DNA of 20,000 nt. It comes from an uncultured virus (IMG/VR IMGVR_UViG_3300020215_000003). Taxonomy: Duplodnaviria > Heunggongvirae > Uroviricota > Caudoviricetes. The position numbers and the translations under genes were made by a program. Below the pieces are notes generated by a model that worked only from the letters and a program-made list of their open reading frames with translations, searched no databases and was not told where the DNA came from. The DNA lies in IMG/VR virus record IMGVR_UViG_3300020215_000003; one strand, 5' to 3'. Below, piece by piece: positions 6,286-13,667 of the stretch; positions within the stretch are counted from its first letter, which is position 1, and every line of letters starts with the position of its first letter.

Positions 6286-8528
6286 TGGAGAGCTTTGCCG
6301 AGACGCCTGAAGGGCTGTTGTTCGTGGCCAACGGCTTCGACCCCGTGCAGCGCTGGGATGGGCTCACGGGGCAGATGGAAGCGGTGGGTCTGACTGCGCC
6401 CACAGTGGCTCCGGTCATGGCCAAGTCCGGCACCGGGGCAATCGTGGGCGACTACTACGCCTACTTGCGCTACGTGGACCGCTTTGGGCTGGTCTCGAAT
6501 CTCTCTCCGATCTCCAACCTCCTGACGATCTCCGCTGCGTCAGGCAACGTCACAGGGGCCACAAACAAGACCCCCATCAGGATCACCACGGAGGCGGCGC
6601 ACGGTTTGTCCTCGGGGGCCACGGTCAAGATCAGCGGAGTCGGGGGGAATACGGCAGCCAATGGGACCTGGACGATCACGGTGAAGTCCTCGACGACCTT
6701 CGACCTGCGCCGAAGCTCGGGGAATGGCACGTACACGGGCAGCGGGGAATGGCAGAGCGGGGCGGGGACGATCACCTTCTCCTCTCTTCAGGTTCCAACG
6801 GACTCCAAGGTGGTGCGCCGCCAAATCCTGCGCAACACCGACGGCCAGACGACGACGTTCTACGTGGACCTGGACACGACGGACCTCACGAGCACCTCCC
6901 TGACCTCAACGAAGGATGACGACACCCTTTCCGCGAGAACCTCGCAGGCGCTTCTGGGCCTCAATGGAAATGCCCTGGCCAACCGGCATAACATTCCGCC
7001 GAACCACAAGGCAGTTCTGGCGCATCACCTGAACCGGATGTTTCTGTTTGTCGAGAAGGAATACAGCCAGGGCATGGCCAAGGTGACGTTCGGCTCGACC
7101 ACAGTAACAGGGGTCGGGACCAAGTGGACCTCCAGCATGGCCTCGCGCGTACTCTACATCGTGGGGGCCACCCGAAGCTACACGATCAGCTCGGTCAACT
7201 CGACGGCTCAGACTCTGACCCTGAGCTCCGCTTATCAGGACCCCACTGATGAGTTCGCGGCCTACGCGATCTTCTCTGCGCCCGCAGAACGCAAGACCCT
7301 CTACTGGTCTGAGGCTAACCTGCCCGAGTCCTGGCCTCCCGTGAACGCAGCCACCATTCAGGAGGACGGGGACGAAGGGACTGGCTTAATGCCGATGCGC
7401 TCGTTCCTCTACATCCTGGAGCGACGACATATCTACAAGCTGAGCTTCGCCGAGGACCCAGCGCTGGACGGGGAAATCTACCTCGCTGCCAACCGTGGGT
7501 GCATCAACAACCGTTGTTGGGTGCAGGTCGATGACGTGGCGTACATGCTCGACGAGTTCGGGGTCCACAAGTTTGTCGGCAACGCAGAATCCGAGCACCT
7601 CTCGACCCCTGTGCAGCCTTTGTTCGGCACCGATCAGGAGGACTCGCCCTGGAAGATCAACTGGCGGGCCAGCGAATACTTCCACGCAGTTCTCTACCGG
7701 CCTCAAGAGACGATTCGCTGGTTCGTGACTCTTTCAGGGATGGGCACGCCCAGACATGCGCTGGTCTACAACTACCGCCTTCAGCGGTGGTGGCTTGAAG
7801 AGTACCCCGAACCAATCGGTGGCTCCTGTCTTGGTCAAGTGAGCAACGTGACGGAGATGTTCCTGGGGGGCGCGAGCAAGAAGGTCTATGCGTTCTGGAA
7901 GCGGACCACGGACATCGTGAACCCCGGCGCCGGGACGGTACGAGGCACAGTGACGTCAAGCGGAGTCCTGTCGATCACGGATACTCAGGCGACGTTTCCT
8001 ACATGTCTCAACGCGCCTCTGGCGATCGTGCATGGCACGGGTAAGGGTCAGGTCAGGAAGATCGTGGCGCAGTCGGGGACGACTCTCACGGTGGATCAGC
8101 CTTGGCTGGTGAGGCCGGACACGACGAGCGTTTACCAGATCGGGGGGATTTCCTGGAAGTTCAAGACCGGCTGGTTCCGTTTGAGTCACGCTCCTGAGAT
8201 GGAGGACCGGCAGCTTGAGATTGCGTTTGGGCCCACGGTGGACCCGGCGATCATGGACATGCGCCTGTTCTACAACTTCCAAGCTACCGCTGAGTACCAG
8301 CAAGTAAGGCACTCGAAGGATTCTGGTGGAGGAATCGAAACGATAAAGAACGACCCGATTCTGTCGATCCACATGGACAACGACGATACGGGGCTTGTGG
8401 TTCACAAGCTTCCGGGGACCAGAGAGCATCTGAGCCGGGGCAAGAAGTTCAGCCAGGTCGAGTTGTCTGGGGTGACGAACAAGGACGAAGTGATCGTGCG
8501 TCAGCTTCAGTACGACGGGGTGCAGTGA
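6285..8528 (+). CDS. Tail nozzle / virion stabilisation protein (P22 gp10- or T7 gp12-like), lacking the usual N-terminus
   Basis: 747 aa with beta-propeller-like segments (LLFVANGFDPVQRWDG, HLNRMFLF, TLYWSEANLPESWP, DGDEGTGL, RGCINNRCWVQVDDVAYMLDEFGVHKF, ALVYNYRLQRWW, WKFKTGWF). It lies just before the ejection-type genes. Confidence 0.75.
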   Translation: MESFAETPEGLLFVANGFDPVQRWDGLTGQMEAVGLTAPTVAPVMAKSGTGAIVGDYYAYLRYVDRFGLVSNLSPISNLLTISAASGNVTGATNKTPIRITTEAAHGLSSGATVKISGVGGNTAANGTWTITVKSSTTFDLRRSSGNGTYTGSGEWQSGAGTITFSSLQVPTDSKVVRRQILRNTDGQTTTFYVDLDTTDLTSTSLTSTKDDDTLSARTSQALLGLNGNALANRHNIPPNHKAVLAHHLNRMFLFVEKEYSQGMAKVTFGSTTVTGVGTKWTSSMASRVLYIVGATRSYTISSVNSTAQTLTLSSAYQDPTDEFAAYAIFSAPAERKTLYWSEANLPESWPPVNAATIQEDGDEGTGLMPMRSFLYILERRHIYKLSFAEDPALDGEIYLAANRGCINNRCWVQVDDVAYMLDEFGVHKFVGNAESEHLSTPVQPLFGTDQEDSPWKINWRASEYFHAVLYRPQETIRWFVTLSGMGTPRHALVYNYRLQRWWLEEYPEPIGGSCLGQVSNVTEMFLGGASKKVYAFWKRTTDIVNPGAGTVRGTVTSSGVLSITDTQATFPTCLNAPLAIVHGTGKGQVRKIVAQSGTTLTVDQPWLVRPDTTSVYQIGGISWKFKTGWFRLSHAPEMEDRQLEIAFGPTVDPAIMDMRLFYNFQATAEYQQVRHSKDSGGGIETIKNDPILSIHMDNDDTGLVVHKLPGTREHLSRGKKFSQVELSGVTNKDEVIVRQLQYDGVQ

Positions 8529-9016
8529 TGTTCGCACAGCAGCGCATTCGCCTTCTGCGCGAGGAGAAATGGACGCCTGACGAACTGGCGCGAGAGATCT
8601 ACGCCATGATGGGGCCGGATGTTCCCCTTGAGCATCACGGCCAGATCACGCTTCATGCCCCGGCGAACGGCGCGCCTCTGGTCATCAAGGGTCTTGCGGT
8701 GGGAGACGTGATTATCCAGTTACCCAATCGAGAGGGAGCGGTGGAAGATGACGACGCCCCGGTGCTCGACGTGGTGGCTGCGGAAACGGACAGCACAACC
8801 GAAAACCAACGGACCGGGATCGCCGGGGAGATTCTGTCTGGGACGCACCCGGACTACTCCGTGCGGATTTACCCCGAAGGGCTGTCGGCAGATACCGAAA
8901 CCGTGACCGTTAAACAGCTATCCGGTGTCTCTGGGGTGGCGCTGCAAGCGGGAACCTGGGTCATCGTCTACGTGGACGTGAACGGGGACTACTTCATGAA
9001 CGTGCCGGTGTGGTGA
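8528..9016 (+). CDS. Hypothetical virion protein following the nozzle
   Basis: TGATG coupling; ~162 aa. Confidence 0.7.
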   Translation: MFAQQRIRLLREEKWTPDELAREIYAMMGPDVPLEHHGQITLHAPANGAPLVIKGLAVGDVIIQLPNREGAVEDDDAPVLDVVAAETDSTTENQRTGIAGEILSGTHPDYSVRIYPEGLSADTETVTVKQLSGVSGVALQAGTWVIVYVDVNGDYFMNVPVW

Positions 9017-9901
9017 ATGGCAGGTACATGGGAAGGACGAAAGCTGTTTCTCCCCTCACGCAAACTGGTGACGGGGAGCCTGAGCAAGACCTACACCCTG
9101 AACGACGGTGCGGGCACGGTCTCCGTGACGATGCAGAACATGCAGCCGACCATTGCTTTCGACTGGACCGGGCGTCAGGTCGGTCTCGACACAGACATCG
9201 CGTTCTATCCCTTGGCCTGGCTGAGGTCGAACGTAACCATCGGAGGCTCGGACACGGATGCGGGGGGCGGGGCGAAGCTCCCAAACGTGGTGATCTTCAA
9301 CACCGACCCCTTCGGAGCGATTGCCGAAGGCCTCGGGGACATTGCTTCGAACCTGGCGCGCTTGGACGTGTTTGCGTCCCTGCCGCAGTTCACCTACGGG
9401 AGCCACAACCAGGAATGGATGAGCACCTCGCTCTACCAGACCGACTACACCGTGGTCTCCGACACCGCAGTCCTGGCTCCGGGGTCCTACGGGAACCTCG
9501 TGAAGCAAGTGACGGCCTCGCACTGGATCGGGGGCAACGTGATCGAGCTGATCGCCATGACTCCCCAGGTCACAGGCAAAACCACGGGCTATGCCCTGCA
9601 CGTGAACGCAAGCGGCACCTGGAGAACAGCGGACGCGGTGAACATGATAAGCGCGGCGCGGAGTCAGAGGTCGGCGAACATGGCGCGCTTCAATCGGTTC
9701 AAGACGGTGGTCTTGTACTACGATCCGTCAACGAGCACTCTTCCAACGGGGTTCCCGACGAGCATCACCCGGACGAGGAACGAGGACATCACGGACGCGA
9801 CCAGCGAGGCGGATTTCGTGTACTGCGGGGCCTTCAGTGTGGCGGATGGAAACATGCGGCGTGAGGTCAGAAACAGGGTGGCGAGCTTCTTCGGAGTGTA
9901 A
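9017..9901 (+). CDS. Hypothetical virion protein
   Basis: A 294-aa ORF abutting the previous stop, with protein-like composition and no motif I recognise. Confidence 0.7.
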   Translation: MAGTWEGRKLFLPSRKLVTGSLSKTYTLNDGAGTVSVTMQNMQPTIAFDWTGRQVGLDTDIAFYPLAWLRSNVTIGGSDTDAGGGAKLPNVVIFNTDPFGAIAEGLGDIASNLARLDVFASLPQFTYGSHNQEWMSTSLYQTDYTVVSDTAVLAPGSYGNLVKQVTASHWIGGNVIELIAMTPQVTGKTTGYALHVNASGTWRTADAVNMISAARSQRSANMARFNRFKTVVLYYDPSTSTLPTGFPTSITRTRNEDITDATSEADFVYCGAFSVADGNMRREVRNRVASFFGV

Positions 9902-9912
9902 AGGGGGCGATC

Positions 9913-11226
9913 ATGTACGGCGGTGGCGCATTCGGCGGCGGTGGCGGGTTTGGCATGGCTGGCTCTTACGGCGGGGGCAGCCGCGCAGGGTCTAGCTACG
10001 GCTCCTACGGTGGCGGTTCCACCAGTTTCAGTTCTGCCCCGAGATCCTCTTCGTACTACGGCTACAGCCACGGCACTCCGGGGGCGCGGCCGAGTTCACA
10101 TGCTGGGGTCATGGGGGGCATCAGCCCGAGTGCCACGGCTTCGTCGCTCTTGGGGTCGATGGGTCCTGGAAGAGCCGGGAGCAGTCTTGGATGGAGCATG
10201 CTCGGTCACATGGGGCCAGGGGTCTCTCCTGCCTCGGCGCTGGCCTCAGCGGTACGCGGGTCAATCCTGACGACTCCGGGAGAGGCACGCGGAGCGGTGA
10301 GCGGACTCACCACGCGACCGACTCCAGGACCGACGACCGCCAGCATCCGCGCTCGCGGGTCGGCTGGTGGCTCGGCCGGTGGCGGATCATCCGGTGGCGG
10401 AGGTGGTGGCACGGTGACTCCTCCCTCTCCGGTTGGAGGGCCCGTGGACAGCCGCGGCAAGGGAAAGGCTGCAGGCAAAGCGAGTGCTGGCAAGACGGCC
10501 AGTGGGAAGTCTGTCCTCTCGCAGGCTGTTGAGTCAGGCGCTGGGTGGTCGAACACGGCTGGTTGGGCACCGAGCTATTCGACGCCTTTGACGGAGCTGA
10601 ACGCGAAGCAGCAGAACACGATGGACCTGGTGAGCTACCTCAACACCCTCTCCAGCCCGGCGGACTACAACCCGTATGTGGGTTGGGTTGCAGCCATGGG
10701 GCGGGAGCCGACTCTTGATTCGTATTCCCCAGAGGCGTTCAACGCTCGTCTGGACAACATGAAGGCCATGGGCCGACCGGCCCCGAGTGGGCCACTCTTC
10801 AGCGGGGTCAGCCCCTTCGATCAAACGGCCTGGGACGACCACCTCGCCAGGGCGGGTCAGCGCGGGGCGCACAACTGGGAGATGGTGCCGATCCCGTGGG
10901 CGCCGGGGCAGTACAGCAGCGTTGCTCAGGTGTTCGACAGTTATATGGCCATGCAGCCAGACTTGGCGCAAGCCAGGACAATGGCCCAGCCGTACCTCGG
11001 GACCGCCCCCGCCCCGCGCACGGGCGTGGAGGCACGCACAGAGCCGGCCTACGACGTCCCGGGCTACACCGTGACGGACGAAAACCCGCTCATTCAGGCG
11101 CTGAATCCCGGCACGCCGGCCCCAGCAGCGGCTCCAATGGCCCCGAGCATGCCGCCCAAGCAGCCGACGGCTGGTCCGACTCAGCCGCGTGGGCGGAATC
11201 GTGGTATAACGCAGACAAAGAAATAA
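9913..11226 (+). CDS. Gly/Ser/Pro-rich low-complexity protein, probable internal virion/ejection protein
   Basis: AGGGGG RBS, G/S/Y-rich N-terminus and P/A-rich C-terminus. Position after the tail genes supports the call; function is inferred from synteny only. Confidence 0.55.
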   Translation: MYGGGAFGGGGGFGMAGSYGGGSRAGSSYGSYGGGSTSFSSAPRSSSYYGYSHGTPGARPSSHAGVMGGISPSATASSLLGSMGPGRAGSSLGWSMLGHMGPGVSPASALASAVRGSILTTPGEARGAVSGLTTRPTPGPTTASIRARGSAGGSAGGGSSGGGGGGTVTPPSPVGGPVDSRGKGKAAGKASAGKTASGKSVLSQAVESGAGWSNTAGWAPSYSTPLTELNAKQQNTMDLVSYLNTLSSPADYNPYVGWVAAMGREPTLDSYSPEAFNARLDNMKAMGRPAPSGPLFSGVSPFDQTAWDDHLARAGQRGAHNWEMVPIPWAPGQYSSVAQVFDSYMAMQPDLAQARTMAQPYLGTAPAPRTGVEARTEPAYDVPGYTVTDENPLIQALNPGTPAPAAAPMAPSMPPKQPTAGPTQPRGRNRGITQTKK

Positions 11227-11236
11227 GGTGATCTGA

Positions 11237-11605
11237 ATGGACCTGGAGAAGCTAACTCCGGCACCGTGGTCGTCAAATGTTCCTTCCGGCAATGAAACGG
11301 AAGCCGTGTTCGCCTCTGGAAAGATGATCCTGGAGTGCATCGTTAACCGCCACTACCAAACGTGTGAGGCGGATGCCGAGTTCATCGCCCTTGCCCGCAA
11401 TGCCTTCGACGTGATGATGCGGCGAAAGTGGTGGGTAGAGCCGATTGGAGGAGGCGATCTCGGCTGGGCGGTGTTTGAAGAGGTCGAGCGGGACGGCAAC
11501 TTGCGCCACCCTCCCGTGTGGATGGAAGCCGACCCGGCGTTTGACCCTTTCACAGCCCTCGTCGAAGCGGACAAGTGGTACAAAGCAAACGTCGAAAAGA
11601 GGTGA
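11237..11605 (+). CDS. Ead/Ea22-like phage accessory protein
   Basis: LEKLTPAPW...ADAEFIALARNAFDVMMRR resembles the TPGPW...DAEFIAAA signature of Ead/Ea22-like proteins. TAAGGTG RBS. Confidence 0.6.
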   Translation: MDLEKLTPAPWSSNVPSGNETEAVFASGKMILECIVNRHYQTCEADAEFIALARNAFDVMMRRKWWVEPIGGGDLGWAVFEEVERDGNLRHPPVWMEADPAFDPFTALVEADKWYKANVEKR

Positions 11606-11608
11606 GTG

Positions 11609-12232
11609 ATGTTTTCCGGATCTTCTTCATGGACCTTTCCGACTGGTGGTGGGTGGGCGGCGGGGACTCCTCCCTTGCACGGCATGCCCGCGCCGATGCA
11701 TTACCTTCACCCTCGGGGGGTCTTGGGACACTCGATGGACCGGGCGGAACTCGACAACGCCCGCACCGCGAATGAGCTGGCCAAAGCCCAAGAAGCAAGG
11801 CGCGCCCAAGCCTTCGGGATGCTCTCGAAGCACGTCTCGGGGGGCAGAAGTGGCGGGGATGGCCCACGACCCAACATCGACACGAATCCGATCTGGGACA
11901 CGCGCATGACCCAGCAGATGGTCAACTCTGCCCGGGCCTACAACGACCAGCGCACCGGGACCGCAGTGGCCGACATGGAGGAGAGTACCGCTGCACGAGG
12001 GTTTGGGCCGCAGTCTCCCCTCATTCAGGCGCTGCGGACCAATCTTGCGATGCAGAACATGGCTGCCAATTCCCAAGCGGGGACGGACATCCGCATGCGG
12101 ACGACTGGGGAGAACGCTTCCCACCGTTTGGCGGCGCAGAAGGCGTATGAAGAAGAGATCACCCGCCGAAGGGCGATCGAGCAGGAAGAGTACAACGCGC
12201 TGTTACAGGCGCTCATGGGGTTCGCAGCATAA
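11609..12232 (+). CDS. Probable internal virion/ejection protein
   Basis: Ala/Gln/Met-rich helical sequence (MEESTAARGFGPQSP is similar to the A-x-R-G motif of ejection proteins) with a coiled-coil C-terminus. Start is ATG 11609 or GTG 11606. Confidence 0.6.
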   Translation: MFSGSSSWTFPTGGGWAAGTPPLHGMPAPMHYLHPRGVLGHSMDRAELDNARTANELAKAQEARRAQAFGMLSKHVSGGRSGGDGPRPNIDTNPIWDTRMTQQMVNSARAYNDQRTGTAVADMEESTAARGFGPQSPLIQALRTNLAMQNMAANSQAGTDIRMRTTGENASHRLAAQKAYEEEITRRRAIEQEEYNALLQALMGFAA

Positions 12233-12244
12233 ATGGAGTGACCA

Positions 12245-13450
12245 ATGCCATACGGCAATCCTCTGGCATACGCGGCTGATTACGGGGTGGGGCAGACGCC
12301 GGCGCAGATGGACCGGCTTCAGCACCAAGCCCACTTCATGGGGCCGCTTCAGTATCCGGACCAAGAACAGTTGCGCGCCCGCTTGCATCAATGGTCGCAG
12401 ATCATGAACCAGATGCAGCCAGTGGCGGAGCGCAACCAGCAGAGGCTCACGGAGCTGAACCGCGCCGCGCCTCCTGCCGCAGGGGGAGCAGGGCAGGCAC
12501 CCATCGTCGAGGACTACCCGAGTCAGGCTCCCCGGCAGGTGCCGCGCAACAACACAGCGCCCATTGGTGCCACCCCGCCTAATGTGCCTGGGAATCCGGT
12601 CATGGAGATGTGGGGCGGCAACGTCCCCTCTCCTGGGTTCTTCATGGGCGAGTTCCAGAACTACCAGGGCAACCCCTTCCACCGCTCGGATCGCCTGATC
12701 CAAGAAGGGCGGAGGATGGACCTGTACCAGCACTTGCTCAACGCGGCCCAGCAGGCACAGCAGCACGGGGACGATTACCTTCAGCGGCAGCAGCGGCTGG
12801 ACACGGACCGGCAGATCGGCATTGGGCAACTGGGGCTGGGGGCTGCGGAGCTGTTCGGCTCGAACGGCACTCCTGGGTCACTGGGCATGCGGGCAGCGGA
12901 GAACTCGCGCCGGGAGCGTGAGAGCAACTTCCAGATGTCGCCCGAAGGACTCGGGAGCGCAACGCTGTCGGCGATGCTGACGCGAGACGCCTCGGGGTCG
13001 GTGCAACCTCGGGACGTGGTGCCACTATTCCGGGAGTTGCTGGCGAACGGCAATGGACAGGGTGGTGGTACTGCCCAGCCGCCTCTTGTCCAAGAGATGC
13101 GCCGGCGAATGACGCACACCCTCCCGGGTCAACCGCCGCAGCGCATGCCCCTGACGAGCTTCGTGTCGCAGGTCGCGGGCATTCCCGGGATGAACCTGAA
13201 CGAGAACATCGCGGACGTGATCGAGTTCATGCAGCAGAACTACCCGGAGTTCAACAGTTGGATGGAGCAGAACAACTGGACGAACAACCCGCACAACCAA
13301 GCGCGGCGGCTGCTCATCGAAGCCATCAACTCACGTGCTCCGGGGGCTGCTCAGAGAATCGGCGGTTGGCCGCACGAGATTTACCGTCTGCCGCCTGACA
13401 TCATTCAGCGGCTGCGCGGGACGCAGCAGACGCCGTTGAACGCACGCTAG
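12245..13450 (+). CDS. Gln/Pro/Asn-rich probable internal virion/ejection protein
   Basis: GGAG RBS, 401 aa, Q-rich coiled segments and no Cys or Lys. Called by position in the module. Confidence 0.6.
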   Translation: MPYGNPLAYAADYGVGQTPAQMDRLQHQAHFMGPLQYPDQEQLRARLHQWSQIMNQMQPVAERNQQRLTELNRAAPPAAGGAGQAPIVEDYPSQAPRQVPRNNTAPIGATPPNVPGNPVMEMWGGNVPSPGFFMGEFQNYQGNPFHRSDRLIQEGRRMDLYQHLLNAAQQAQQHGDDYLQRQQRLDTDRQIGIGQLGLGAAELFGSNGTPGSLGMRAAENSRRERESNFQMSPEGLGSATLSAMLTRDASGSVQPRDVVPLFRELLANGNGQGGGTAQPPLVQEMRRRMTHTLPGQPPQRMPLTSFVSQVAGIPGMNLNENIADVIEFMQQNYPEFNSWMEQNNWTNNPHNQARRLLIEAINSRAPGAAQRIGGWPHEIYRLPPDIIQRLRGTQQTPLNAR

Positions 13451-13626
13451 TCCCGAAAGCCGAGCCAGCCAATGCCGCAGACAGCGGCGGAAATGATACC
13501 GGCGATGGCGATGCTGGCGAACAAGCCTGGTTCGGGAACTCCGAAGCCATTGCCGACGATGACAGCCACGGCGACCAGGAAGCCGCCGATGCCAAGGATC
13601 AGGGAGTAACGCTGTCCGTTGTTCAT
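13447..13626 (-). CDS. Small two-TM membrane protein on the antisense strand (moron; candidate superinfection exclusion or immunity protein)
   Basis: MNNGQRYSLILGIGGFLVAVAVIVGNGFGVPEPGLFASIAIAGIISAAVCGIGWLGFRD has two hydrophobic stretches. It exactly fills the gap between two + genes and shares a CTAG overlapping stop with the upstream gene. Confidence 0.65.
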   Translation of the reverse strand: MNNGQRYSLILGIGGFLVAVAVIVGNGFGVPEPGLFASIAIAGIISAAVCGIGWLGFRD

Positions 13627-13667
13627 CGCCCCCAAATCCTAGCCCTTCTGCCGGAGGGAAGTCAAGT

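Noticed and set aside
340..9901. Diversity-generating retroelement or invertible tail-fibre cassette
   Set aside because: No reverse transcriptase, no near-identical template/variable repeat pair, and no inverted gene copies or flanking inverted repeats were seen. The paralogues are diverged at all codon positions.
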